A stretch of 64,000 nt of DNA from a virus (IMGVR_UViG_3300028797_000156:11466-75465); one strand, 5' to 3'; counted from the stretch's first letter, positions 38,739 to 48,847 are shown. Notes: generated by a model from the letters alone, not told the origin. Translations and numbers: made by a program.

Positions 38739-39374
38739 TTAGTTATCAATCATCGTCTTATCAAACTTGAAGTTACTCATTAACTCTTTTCTGCCAATCT
38801 TATTATATTTTCCTTCACCAGTTAATATACCAAGACGAATCTCAGTATTCGGGTCATCCATATTAACCTGAATCAATCTTCTGGTACTTGGTTCCATGAT
38901 GATCTTTCTTGATACATCATCTTCTGATGCTCCAAGACCTTTGTATCGTTCATCTATCTTTGGATAACATTTCTGGATATATTCAAAGAACTTTGACAAT
39001 GTAGTTGTACAAGATGCTTTTGAACCTTTTTCATTATATTTGATAAGCAAACCATATTTGTCAATGATGTCTATAATTGGCTTTAAGTCAGCGTATAAAC
39101 GATGATCTATTACGATAAGTTGGTCATGTAAATCGATTACTGCATGAACCGTGTGAGTGTCGTCATTAAATCCAATTTCATTATAGATTTTACATAAGCT
39201 GCGGATCCATTTATCAACATTCTTAATGAATCCTTCGACACCTTTATACCTGGATAATCCGTCAGCTATATATTCTAAAAGATACATATCAACTGATCTA
39301 TTCAGAGCACACTCAGTCAAGATTTCATAGTAATCAAAAGCTTCTTCCACAAATTGTTTTATATTTCCCTTCAT
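38739..39374 (-). CDS. gyrB: DNA gyrase/topo II subunit B, separate C-terminal fragment (T4 gp60-like)
   Basis: IDERYKGLG...IMEPSTRRLIQV...ILTGE...GRKELM corresponds to the GyrB tail RYKGLGEM...MDPxxRRLxQV. Confidence 0.8.
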   Translation of the reverse strand: MKGNIKQFVEEAFDYYEILTECALNRSVDMYLLEYIADGLSRYKGVEGFIKNVDKWIRSLCKIYNEIGFNDDTHTVHAVIDLHDQLIVIDHRLYADLKPIIDIIDKYGLLIKYNEKGSKASCTTTLSKFFEYIQKCYPKIDERYKGLGASEDDVSRKIIMEPSTRRLIQVNMDDPNTEIRLGILTGEGKYNKIGRKELMSNFKFDKTMIDN

Positions 39375-39388
39375 AAATTATACCAACC

Positions 39389-39745
39389 TTACTTCTTTTT
39401 ATCTTTTCCACGCAATTCATGTAATTGCATACACATTACCTCAAATGTCGATTCATCGGGAGCTTCAAATATCCTAAAGTTTTCAGATATACTATATTCT
39501 TTAGGTTTGTTTCTGACATGTTTCACCCCATTATATTTCAGCTTATAATCTCGCCATGTACCGCATTTCCAATCATCTTTTTCCTTAATGAATTCAATTA
39601 CTTCTGTAACTTTCGATACCATTTTTGATGATGATTTTATTTCCCGCCGATACACAACATGATCCGCTGGTGGTGATTCATCTCTCTTAAACCCCAGGTC
39701 CTCAAACTTGTCTTCTGCACACTTCTTTCTCATAAATTTTAACAT
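39389..39745 (-). CDS. 118-aa basic hypothetical protein between the two gyrB fragments
   Basis: GGGAGG RBS; no recognisable motif. Confidence 0.65.
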   Translation of the reverse strand: MLKFMRKKCAEDKFEDLGFKRDESPPADHVVYRREIKSSSKMVSKVTEVIEFIKEKDDWKCGTWRDYKLKYNGVKHVRNKPKEYSISENFRIFEAPDESTFEVMCMQLHELRGKDKKK

Positions 39746-39814
39746 AACTATTCCTCCCTAAACGAGCGAATGGGTATATAGAGATAGTTGTTTTTATCAT
39801 GAAAATAATATGTG

Positions 39815-39839
39815 TTTGGGGTGGATATACCACCCCAAA
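39815..39839 (-). terminator. Hairpin after the gyrB N-fragment
   Basis: TTTGGGGTGG-atata-CCACCCCAAA. Confidence 0.65.
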
Positions 39840-39856
39840 TTCCATATCATTTTTAA

Positions 39857-41629
39857 TTATCCCGCCATCGGGAATTCAATCTCTATATTACTTACTGATT
39901 TAATACATTCATCAATGTATTCCTTCTGACTAGCAACATAAATATACTTCTTGTCTTTAGTCAGCTGGTAGAGCGGAGGTTCTGCAACATACAATTTTCC
40001 TGCTCTGACTATTTCAGGTAAGAACTTAAAGAAGAATATTAAGAACAGAGTTCTGATGTGATATCCGTCAATATCAGCGTCTGTTGCTATTATAATTTTG
40101 TCATAATTCAATTTATTGATGTTGAAGTGTTCACCAACACCACATCCAAGAATCTTGACAAGATTCAACCATGGTAATGACTTTAAAGCAGTTGCCAAAT
40201 CTAAGTCCCAAACATTTGGAGATTTGCCTCTGAATGCTAAGATAGCCTGATATGTAGCATCACGAGCTGCACGTAAGCCACCGCCAGCAGACAAACCTTC
40301 AACAAGGAATAATTCTTTGCCTTCTGTAGTATTCGCCGATGAACATGGGAAGAATGAGTCTGGTTTTGACCAAGATTTCTTTTCCTTTGTGAGTTTACTG
40401 ATATCTCGAGCCTTTTCACCTTCACGACGAACACGGTTATTCGCAATACAGATATCTACAAACTCACTTAATACATGAGATGAAGTTGTCTTTAATGCTT
40501 TATAAATTGCATTATCAACAGCATCTGTTGCAAGCTTCTTCATCTTCTCATATGATTCATCTGTGATTGCAGATTTCAATGCTTTATTGAATACTGTATG
40601 CTTAGCCTGTGATGAGAACATGTGAGCCATATTACTTGTAGCTCTAACTACAACATGAAGATTCGTTAAGATATCTCTCTTTAAATCTTCAGAAGCCAAC
40701 TTCTTATTTTTCTTGATAGCTTGTTCTATTATATATCGAGAGAAGCCATTCAGTAAACCATCAACATGTGAACCATTTTGAGGTGTATAAATCATGTTCA
40801 TCCATGATTTAGTAATGGCTTCACCTTTGTACTGTGGATCAGAATATACCAGACAAGCTTCAATATCGAAACGTCTCTTATATTTCTTATCCATAATAGT
40901 TTCATCCAAATCACCATGAGCCAAAACTGTTAATACAGTTGACATTCTCTGTTCACCCTTGATGAATTCATCGAAGTAACAGTTTAATGGGATATGAACG
41001 ATCTTATGATCTTTCTTATCATAGTTATATGTCATATGAATTGACTGTGGAAGAGTATATCTGAAATCCTGCAACCAGTTGATGAGATCATCGACCGGAA
41101 TTTCATCAACACCCATGATCTTTTTACTTGGCCAAAACTTGGTAATCATACCATGTTCTGTACCAGTATACTTTTCGATCTTTTCTGTCTTAAGTTCACC
41201 ATTCTCATATACCAGATAACATTTCTTCTGTTCCTGTGGTCTTAATGAAGTTACTTCCAATCTCCTAGCCATCGCAGTATAGGTTGAAGTACCAGTACCA
41301 TTTTCACCCGCAGTTTCACCACCAGCTCGAGTCATGTTAGATCCAGCTTGTAATGTCTCATGAACTTCACGAACTAAGTTTGTCGGAATTCCTCTACCAT
41401 TATCTCGTGAGCAAATATACTTGTCTGTGATTTCAATATAAATAGTATCTCCCGGTGATTCCTTTTTGTAACACTCATCTCGGTTGTTATCTATGATCTC
41501 CTTACATAGATGAAGTACACCAGCTGATCCTAAAGATGAGATGTACATGGTTGGACGAGCCATTATCTTTTTCAAGTCATTTTTGATAATGGTCATTTCA
41601 TCGTCTTTTCCCAATTTGACATTTGCCAT
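39857..41629 (-). CDS. gyrB: DNA gyrase/topo II subunit B, N-terminal GHKL ATPase + TOPRIM fragment
   Basis: EIIDNN, DNGRGIP, AGENGTG, ELFLVEGLSAGG, FRGKSPNV, IIIATDADIDGYHI, AEPPLY. Confidence 0.92.
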   Translation of the reverse strand: MANVKLGKDDEMTIIKNDLKKIMARPTMYISSLGSAGVLHLCKEIIDNNRDECYKKESPGDTIYIEITDKYICSRDNGRGIPTNLVREVHETLQAGSNMTRAGGETAGENGTGTSTYTAMARRLEVTSLRPQEQKKCYLVYENGELKTEKIEKYTGTEHGMITKFWPSKKIMGVDEIPVDDLINWLQDFRYTLPQSIHMTYNYDKKDHKIVHIPLNCYFDEFIKGEQRMSTVLTVLAHGDLDETIMDKKYKRRFDIEACLVYSDPQYKGEAITKSWMNMIYTPQNGSHVDGLLNGFSRYIIEQAIKKNKKLASEDLKRDILTNLHVVVRATSNMAHMFSSQAKHTVFNKALKSAITDESYEKMKKLATDAVDNAIYKALKTTSSHVLSEFVDICIANNRVRREGEKARDISKLTKEKKSWSKPDSFFPCSSANTTEGKELFLVEGLSAGGGLRAARDATYQAILAFRGKSPNVWDLDLATALKSLPWLNLVKILGCGVGEHFNINKLNYDKIIIATDADIDGYHIRTLFLIFFFKFLPEIVRAGKLYVAEPPLYQLTKDKKYIYVASQKEYIDECIKSVSNIEIEFPMAG

Positions 41630-41677
41630 AAACTATTTTCCTCCTTATAGTTTTTTGAATAGTTTCTCTCCATTCAA

Positions 41678-41698
41678 AAAAATAATATATGTATACAA
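41678..41698 (-). promoter_or_regulatory. Candidate early phage promoter for gyrB
   Basis: Plus strand AAAATAATATATGTATACAA. Confidence 0.55.
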
Positions 41699-41851
41699 AA
41701 CTACTTATTTGTAATCCAAATTGAGTGTCTCATTGGATTAAAGTTCTCAAACATTATTCTTTTTTCTAATTTGCGCTTTGTGCATTTTAAACGATGGACA
41801 CAACACCACAAGCTATAGTGGTGTTGTACGAGTATTATCTTTTCTTCTATC

Positions 41852-41883
41852 CCGGCCCTTTATTGGGCCGGAAATTCTTTTTT
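41852..41883 (+). terminator. Plus-strand terminator-like hairpin inside a divergent spacer
   Basis: CCGGCCC-tttatt-GGGCCGG then AAATTCTTTTTT. Confidence 0.5.
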
Positions 41884-41885
41884 AA

Positions 41886-41897
41886 AACGTTTTAATA
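41886..41897 (+). promoter_or_regulatory. Candidate late promoter AACG-N6-TA
   Basis: AACGTTTTAATA 24 nt upstream of the ATG at 41922. Confidence 0.45.
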
Positions 41898-41921
41898 ATT
41901 TTATAAGAAAGGAATGATCTT

Positions 41922-43457
41922 ATGGAGATTCTAGAATTATATGACATAGATCAAGATATAAAGATCAATGACATGAAAGAGGTTACATCTGGTCAGATCT
42001 ATAAGTCACAAAACTTGAATGCATTCAATCCACAAGGTTTATTTTCTGAAGAGATTTTCGGACAAACTACTGAAGATAGAAAGTATACATGTGCATATAT
42101 AAAGTTGCCAATACATGTATTCAATCCACATGTTGCGAAAAATATCATCACTAGATCTGGAGGTATCATCAGAAAACTTGCATATGGTGAAGTCCGATGC
42201 AATCTTACATCCGAAGGTGTACTCGTGGCTGATGCAGCTGGTAAGTATTGTGGTTTAAAAGACCTCTATAATATCTGGGAAAAGATTGATATTAAGAAGA
42301 ATATCAATTCTCGTTCAGATTATGTTCTTGATATCTTGACAAAGTGTCCAAAAAGACTACTTTTCAATGACAAGATCTATGTTTTACCACCTGAACTTCG
42401 TAAAGTAGGTACTCGTAATGGTAAACAGGTAAAAAGCGAGTTAAATTCCATGTACATTCACATCATAAACATGAAATCTGTACTTGCTCATACCACAGCA
42501 ACCGACGTTTATCAGCTTTACAATAAATTCCAAGATGCTGTAATCAATCTTTGGACATTTATAAACAATTATACTGGCGGTAAAAACGGATTTTTCCAAA
42601 GACAGTTGCTTGCTAAGAACACAACGTTCCCTGCACGTAACGTTATCTCGGCCCCACGCTATGATGATGACTGTGAAATCGGTATTTTTAAGACCGGTTA
42701 TCCTCTTCATACGTGTTGCACACTGTTTAACCCTCTTATCAAGTTCGAAATGAGACAATTTTTCTCATATTCTAACATTCAGGACATCCATCCACGTAAA
42801 TATGAGGTTGTTGAACAGAATTTGAAGAACATTTATGACGAAAAGATGATAGATGACCTCTTAAGAATCTATATGTACAACCCAGGATCACGTTTCCGTC
42901 GAATTTACCTCGATCCAGAGAACAAAATTCCATTACAAATGGAATATTTGGATTTAAAGACCAATCAAATGGTTACTCGAGACTTCACACTCACTGATTT
43001 GTGCTATTTATGCTGCAAAACGGCGATTGTTGATGCTGATAGAACGGTTTATACCGTTCGATACCCAATCGGCGACTATTTGGGTGCTTTCTTTACTAAA
43101 GTGCACATACTTTCGACGGTAAAAACGACAAAAATCCAATTCCGTGGAGAGAATTTCAATTATTATCCAATTATTAATTTCGATTTAGACCACAATCAAG
43201 TATCTCGTTTCTTTGCAGATACATTGACACCTTCAAACTCACGTCTTAAAGCAATTGGTGGTGACTATGATGGTGATACGGTTAAATCAGTTGGTATTTG
43301 GTCAGATGAAGCGAATGAACAAGCAACAAAACTCATGTACTCTAAGATCTATAATATTAAACCAGAAGCTACTACACCATTTATTATTGAAATCGAATGT
43401 TTGGGAGGCTTATTCGGCTTAAGCAAGGGAGCTTTAGAGGACGACAAGGCTTCATAG
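41922..43457 (+). CDS. Phage RNA polymerase beta' N-terminal catalytic subunit (possibly virion type)
   Basis: GLFSEEIFG, LPPELR, GKNGFFQRQLLAK, RYP, catalytic GGDYDGD; lacks the canonical beta' Zn-finger cysteines. Confidence 0.9.
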   Translation: MEILELYDIDQDIKINDMKEVTSGQIYKSQNLNAFNPQGLFSEEIFGQTTEDRKYTCAYIKLPIHVFNPHVAKNIITRSGGIIRKLAYGEVRCNLTSEGVLVADAAGKYCGLKDLYNIWEKIDIKKNINSRSDYVLDILTKCPKRLLFNDKIYVLPPELRKVGTRNGKQVKSELNSMYIHIINMKSVLAHTTATDVYQLYNKFQDAVINLWTFINNYTGGKNGFFQRQLLAKNTTFPARNVISAPRYDDDCEIGIFKTGYPLHTCCTLFNPLIKFEMRQFFSYSNIQDIHPRKYEVVEQNLKNIYDEKMIDDLLRIYMYNPGSRFRRIYLDPENKIPLQMEYLDLKTNQMVTRDFTLTDLCYLCCKTAIVDADRTVYTVRYPIGDYLGAFFTKVHILSTVKTTKIQFRGENFNYYPIINFDLDHNQVSRFFADTLTPSNSRLKAIGGDYDGDTVKSVGIWSDEANEQATKLMYSKIYNIKPEATTPFIIEIECLGGLFGLSKGALEDDKAS

Positions 43458-43467
43458 TCAATTTATA

Positions 43468-43761
43468 ATGAATATTGGGGAGGAATTTACAATGGCTAAG
43501 TTTGTTTTAGATGATGATACTATTGAATCATGGGATAATATCAAGGGAGAGAAAAAACATCAAATTAGTCCGTCATTGATGATCGAAATGCGTCTTATAG
43601 ACGCTATAATGAAAATATCGAATAATCTTTCGAATCGTGAACTGAATACTGACGATCATTGTATTATGCAATTAATCACAGGGGAAATAATTCCAAAATG
43701 TGAATATGACGGAGATTGTCATAAATGTGTTTGTCGTTGGTACATGAATAAGGAAGATTAA
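43468..43761 (+). CDS. Hypothetical protein with C-terminal Cys cluster (likely start MAKF)
   Basis: GGAGG RBS; C...CEYDGDCHKCVC. Confidence 0.6.
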   Translation: MNIGEEFTMAKFVLDDDTIESWDNIKGEKKHQISPSLMIEMRLIDAIMKISNNLSNRELNTDDHCIMQLITGEIIPKCEYDGDCHKCVCRWYMNKED

Positions 43762-43776
43762 ACGCAGATAGGAGAA

Positions 43777-44811
43777 ATGCTTATGAGTATACTAGACTCA
43801 CTTATTCAGACAGGAGCTACGATTCCACAAGCTTCTGATCACATTGGTGAGGGAGCTGCCACACCATTCCATCCACTCGGCATACCAGATTCAGAGTGTC
43901 ATTGGGATTGGGAGAAGCATTATAATGCAGCTCGTCAAAACCAAGTGTTTATGAATTCTAATGTAGGTGGATACATTTCACCTTATGAAGGACATTGGAA
44001 TTCATCTTCAATGTTCATGCAGAATGTTGAAGAAATTGTTGCATTCCAGCCAGTCAACAAGATCGATCCGAATAAGATATACAATTCTGACATTCAGGCT
44101 TTACGTGCTCTTCAGCAGGATCAGCTCAAGATCGTTAAGCTGTTTGAAACACGTTTAAGAGAATCTCTCAATGAAAGAGGAAAGATGGGCTTGACAGAAG
44201 AAGATATCACAGCTATGCAGGCTGTAACAGCAGCTCGAGTTGCAGTAGCTAATATTCAGAAGGAACAGATCAACATCAAGAAGAATATTTCAGATACTCG
44301 TATCAAGCAATATCAGCTTGAACAGACTGACATCAAGAACAAGACTGGTGTTGTTGGAGCTAATGGAGCACCAACAATGGGATCAGCATATGATATCGGT
44401 AAATCGATTATTGATAACATCTTTGAATCAGCAACTCTTGCACCAGCAGCAGTTCAACCAGCTTATTCAAATCCTACTGAATCAGCTGCAATGGATGCTG
44501 AACAAGCAGGAAACTTCCTTGATTCTATGATGGAAATTGGGGATGCTAATAATCCAACGAGATTTGAAACAATGAAGCCGACGACATATGTTAAGGTAGG
44601 AGCTACAGATTCTGAAATCTCTTATGAGACATATGCATCTGATGGAACATTGATCCCTGATTATCCGAACCCAACTGCACGAATCACACAGATCGACAGA
44701 GAAGCTGGTATAGCTACAGATGAATTCTTAGTAACATATCAGCTGAAAACGGAGGGACAGGAAAATGATGATCAAGTACCTCAAAGTGAAAGCTCCGAAT
44801 TTGGACTCTGA
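43777..44811 (+). CDS. 344-aa hypothetical protein, coiled coil plus C-terminal beta domain
   Basis: AGGAG RBS; core-gene context. Confidence 0.75.
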   Translation: MLMSILDSLIQTGATIPQASDHIGEGAATPFHPLGIPDSECHWDWEKHYNAARQNQVFMNSNVGGYISPYEGHWNSSSMFMQNVEEIVAFQPVNKIDPNKIYNSDIQALRALQQDQLKIVKLFETRLRESLNERGKMGLTEEDITAMQAVTAARVAVANIQKEQINIKKNISDTRIKQYQLEQTDIKNKTGVVGANGAPTMGSAYDIGKSIIDNIFESATLAPAAVQPAYSNPTESAAMDAEQAGNFLDSMMEIGDANNPTRFETMKPTTYVKVGATDSEISYETYASDGTLIPDYPNPTARITQIDREAGIATDEFLVTYQLKTEGQENDDQVPQSESSEFGL

Positions 44812-45025
44812 TCAAGTAGTATTCCAGAGACCATTAACACCAATCAAATTATTGAGCTTTGATGAAAAGATCAATGATATTATAAGTATCTTAAAAGATC
44901 AAAATATTGAATTAGGTTTTGAATTATCAAAAGAAAATTTAATAAAGAATATGTTAGTAGCATATACTGAAGATTTTTTAAGATGCTTAACTGGAGATGT
45001 TTATATACCAATTGATATTGGATAA
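44765..45025 (+). CDS. 86-aa hypothetical protein
   Basis: ORF overlapping previous gene, ends before terminator. Confidence 0.5.
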   Translation: MMIKYLKVKAPNLDSDQVVFQRPLTPIKLLSFDEKINDIISILKDQNIELGFELSKENLIKNMLVAYTEDFLRCLTGDVYIPIDIG

Positions 45026-45043
45026 ATGAATTTTATGCGAAAA

Positions 45044-45063
45044 AGGGAGGCGAAAGCCTCCCT
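45044..45063 (+). terminator. Terminator hairpin
   Basis: AGGGAGGC-GAAA-GCCTCCCT. Confidence 0.7.
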
Positions 45064-45175
45064 TATTGCATAAATAAATACCAAATAATAAATTGTGGTA
45101 ATCATAATCATAATAGCGATTCTTATGATGCGAAAACGGCAATTACATTAAATTATAGAAAAGGAGAGTCTAGAT

Positions 45176-48100
45176 ATGATAAATCAAAAATATGCATTAA
45201 AATACTCATTTCCACACAGTGTAGTTCATATTATTGATAACTCAGCTAGAACTGTTGAAGCTAATGTAACAACAGCTAATGATCCGTCATTACTGTCTAC
45301 ATTGGTTGTAACAGGTGCACCGATGGGTGAAGATAACAAGATTATCTCACTTACACGTTCGGATGTAGCTGGTACAGCATTTGGCCTCAACAATCTTACA
45401 CCTGCTGATGTAAGAAAGTATGGCCAGGGTGTAACATATGCTATGGATCTTATCAATCAGGAAGTACCTGTACAATTCATGCGTATTACTCCACCAGATG
45501 CTACTTTTGCAGCTGTTTCACTCGTTGTTCAGTGGAGACAGGATCCTACTGATAACTCACTTCACGTAAGATTCAAGGTAAAAGATTGGGCTGAATCTAT
45601 TCCAAGAGACAGCTTTAAGAATACAGCACGTCTTAATGAAGCACTCATCAAGGGTTACTACAGTGAATCCTATCAGGATGCTGGTTCAAATGAAACCTGG
45701 ACACAGAGAGCATTCATCAACTTTATCTCAGCTGGTCGAAGCGACATCTACAACAACATGGCTATGATGATCAACCCTGTTTCACAGGCTAAGAGACCAT
45801 CAAATGTCAAGTATCAATTCATCACAGTTGACAAGAGAACATCAGGTATTATCGAAAGATTTACTGCTTCTCTCGTAAATACAAATGTTGGTGCTATCGA
45901 TACAACAAATGCCGTTGATTCTGTAAATACACTCATCTCAAACAGAGTACCTGGTTCATCAATCGTAATCCCATACGTAAACGAATCAGTTGTTGAAGAA
46001 GTTTACAAGATCTGGCATGACTGGTTCAAGGAAAAGATCGATAACGGCGAAGCTACAGATGAAGAGATTGCAATGTACAACTCAATGAATGTTAATATCT
46101 TCGATATGATCTTCGGTAAGTACATCTTCAATGGTTCATCTACAGATGTTACACTTCCATTCTATGTTGTAGATATGGAAACATCTGATCTTCCTAAGCT
46201 CACTGCTTCAAATATTCTCTATGACATCAAGTCATCAGATTCATCAGTTACAGAACAGCCTGCAAAGGTTCAAGCAAGACTTATTTCAGAAACACTCGGT
46301 GTCGAGAACCCAAGCTCAGAAGTTTACGTTGGCGATATCTTCGTAACACCATCAAGCTCAGGATCAATTCTCAGACCAAAGCTTTCAATCATCACAGCGG
46401 TTAACCAGTACACAGGTATGGTTACATCAATGGCTATGCCTAACATCTACAAGCTCGTTAAGAAGAACAATGCTTGGGGTCTCCCAACAGAAGCTCTTAC
46501 AGCTGCAGATGCATCAAGAGTTGTTAAGCTCATCACATACAAGATGACTGGTGCTAAGGTAGGCCAAGAGCTCGCTGCATATACAGAAACAACACATGAT
46601 CAGTTAACTTCTGATGATATCAGAAACGCTATCCTCGCTGGTAATGTTTCAAATATGGATATCATTGTTGCAGCTGACAGATCAGACCTTACAAAGTTCT
46701 ATGTATATGCTGTTGTATTCCCAGTTGAAGGTGGCGTACTAACAACTAACCTTACAACGGCAGCTGATCACTATACTCTCGTTCGTTACTCTTTGGCTGA
46801 CTACTATAAGATGTTCGATAGAGAGAAGCATGCTTCTAAGACAACTGGTACTGGTAATGCATTCGGTTTCGAGCCAGATCATTCAAATTGCTGGAACAGA
46901 GTTGGTTCAACAATTGTTGATTCAGCTGGTGCAGCTGCAGATACTCTTCCAACTGCATATGTTAACTCATATAACAGACTTCCAAGTGATAGTGATGATC
47001 CGATCTCTACAAACCGTATCAAAGTTCTCAGACTTACAGGTATGCGCGTAGGTGCAGTTCCAACAGAAATTTCACACAAGAACATTTCTGGAACATACTA
47101 CGATACAGTACTCTTCGAAGCTGGAAATATCGATACATGGAAGGCTAACAGATTCGACATCAAGAACGGCGGTTCTGGCTATACAGCTGGTGAAAAACTT
47201 TATGCAATCATCGATAGCTCTGTTACAGATTACGAGCTCACAACTGAAGAACCTGCAAACTGGTCAACTGTATACAATACAAAGTACTATACACGCAACA
47301 CAAGTGATCCAGAACATGAATGGGTTAAGGTTCCTACATCTGATCCAGTTCCTGACTGGGCTCCTAACACTTACTACCTGGAGGTAGAAGCTGATAGAAA
47401 GACACCAGTTATCGTTACTGCAGTTGATGCTAATGGTGCAATCAGAGGTGTAAGAATTGATGGTGCTGATGCTTACGAAACAACTAAAATTGCAGTAGGC
47501 AGTGTTCCAGCTACTATCAACCTCCAGTACCCATCAGTTACAGCTCCAGGCGAAGGTACAGGTGCTACAGTAACTCTCGCTGAATTTGTAGTAGTTGAAG
47601 GTAAGCCTGCAAAGATCGACAGATATGTTGTATCTGGCTCATTCAACACACTTTACGCAGCTCTCAATACACATTCAAAGATCCCGAAGAACTATTATAG
47701 TTCAGATCAGGGTGACAACCCGGCATCTTCAAACGGCATGTCACTTTCTGGTGGTTCTGCTGGCTTCTTCGATACTCTCTCACCGGATTCTATCGAATAT
47801 AAGTGGCAGTACTCTGCACTCCTCGTTCAGGCTCTCCGTGGCTCAGAGAACTTCGACAGAAGAATTCTCTCACCAACAAGAGTTCCAGCTAAGTTCATGT
47901 TCGACGGCGGCTACAACACTCTCGTAGGATCAGTAATGACAGGTAACATTACTTCTTACCGTCCAGCGGATATCATCAATGCTTCAATCATCTTCACAGA
48001 TGAAGAGAAGTCACAGGTTATCCTCTATCCAAATACAATCGACAACATCGGTGTATCTGTTGATATCGACGTTAAGCAGGCAATGTACGATCTTATGATC

Positions 48101-48847
48101 CAGAGATGTTATGACGGCATTCCGGAAGACAAGAGACCAATCGGTCCTGGTTCAGGATTCCAGGTTTACTTCGACTCTGGTGTTACAGATGCTGATACAA
48201 CATCACTCGTTAGAGAGTCATTCCTTAAGAGATTCTCAAATCCAAATGCTATCTGGGATATCGGCGGCTTCGTAGAAAGAGCAACCGGCCTTTCATATAC
48301 ATTTGTAAAGCATATCGCTGAAGATATCTTCCGTCATATCAACATCGCTGGCTTCAACAAGCCATATGCTGGTAAGACAACAGCTATTCCGAAGGAAAGA
48401 TACTCTGAATTCTTCCCAGATCTCGATACAACAGACTGGGCTAAGAGAGAGAACTACTATCTGTCCGGTGGTAACACATGGATCATGCAGAGAGACGGTT
48501 CACTCGAAAGAAGACAGCAGATCACTCTCTACAGAGACAGCGAAACTTCAGACCTCCTCCAGGAGAACAACATGAGAACACTCTCACGTCTTATCTATCT
48601 CCTCCAGGAAAAGATCGACAGCTATCTCCTCGAGTACAACTCAGACTCAGTACTTAAGACCCTCTCAGATGAAGTTAACAACCTCTTCTCAAACTGGGTA
48701 GGTAACTATGTTGATGCTCTTGATATCTCATTCGAAAGAGATCAGAACATCGACGGTGCTGACATCCTCGTATGCTATTGCGAAGTAACATTCCGCGGTC
48801 TCATCCTCAGAGTTCCGATCATTGTTAACGTTAATGCACGCGAGTAA
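45176..48847 (+). CDS. Contractile tail sheath protein (1223 aa, with insertions)
   Basis: Sheath-like C-terminus (LLQENNMRTLSRL...VNNLFSNW...CEVTFRGLILRVPIIVNV); FMFDGGY; followed by tube gene; strong C-ending codon bias. Confidence 0.85.
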   Translation: MINQKYALKYSFPHSVVHIIDNSARTVEANVTTANDPSLLSTLVVTGAPMGEDNKIISLTRSDVAGTAFGLNNLTPADVRKYGQGVTYAMDLINQEVPVQFMRITPPDATFAAVSLVVQWRQDPTDNSLHVRFKVKDWAESIPRDSFKNTARLNEALIKGYYSESYQDAGSNETWTQRAFINFISAGRSDIYNNMAMMINPVSQAKRPSNVKYQFITVDKRTSGIIERFTASLVNTNVGAIDTTNAVDSVNTLISNRVPGSSIVIPYVNESVVEEVYKIWHDWFKEKIDNGEATDEEIAMYNSMNVNIFDMIFGKYIFNGSSTDVTLPFYVVDMETSDLPKLTASNILYDIKSSDSSVTEQPAKVQARLISETLGVENPSSEVYVGDIFVTPSSSGSILRPKLSIITAVNQYTGMVTSMAMPNIYKLVKKNNAWGLPTEALTAADASRVVKLITYKMTGAKVGQELAAYTETTHDQLTSDDIRNAILAGNVSNMDIIVAADRSDLTKFYVYAVVFPVEGGVLTTNLTTAADHYTLVRYSLADYYKMFDREKHASKTTGTGNAFGFEPDHSNCWNRVGSTIVDSAGAAADTLPTAYVNSYNRLPSDSDDPISTNRIKVLRLTGMRVGAVPTEISHKNISGTYYDTVLFEAGNIDTWKANRFDIKNGGSGYTAGEKLYAIIDSSVTDYELTTEEPANWSTVYNTKYYTRNTSDPEHEWVKVPTSDPVPDWAPNTYYLEVEADRKTPVIVTAVDANGAIRGVRIDGADAYETTKIAVGSVPATINLQYPSVTAPGEGTGATVTLAEFVVVEGKPAKIDRYVVSGSFNTLYAALNTHSKIPKNYYSSDQGDNPASSNGMSLSGGSAGFFDTLSPDSIEYKWQYSALLVQALRGSENFDRRILSPTRVPAKFMFDGGYNTLVGSVMTGNITSYRPADIINASIIFTDEEKSQVILYPNTIDNIGVSVDIDVKQAMYDLMIQRCYDGIPEDKRPIGPGSGFQVYFDSGVTDADTTSLVRESFLKRFSNPNAIWDIGGFVERATGLSYTFVKHIAEDIFRHINIAGFNKPYAGKTTAIPKERYSEFFPDLDTTDWAKRENYYLSGGNTWIMQRDGSLERRQQITLYRDSETSDLLQENNMRTLSRLIYLLQEKIDSYLLEYNSDSVLKTLSDEVNNLFSNWVGNYVDALDISFERDQNIDGADILVCYCEVTFRGLILRVPIIVNVNARE

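Noticed and set aside
41630-45175. Chimallin (phage nucleus shell) gene near the RNAP beta' gene
   Set aside because: No ORF of suitable size or recognisable similarity here; nucleus formation cannot be inferred from this window
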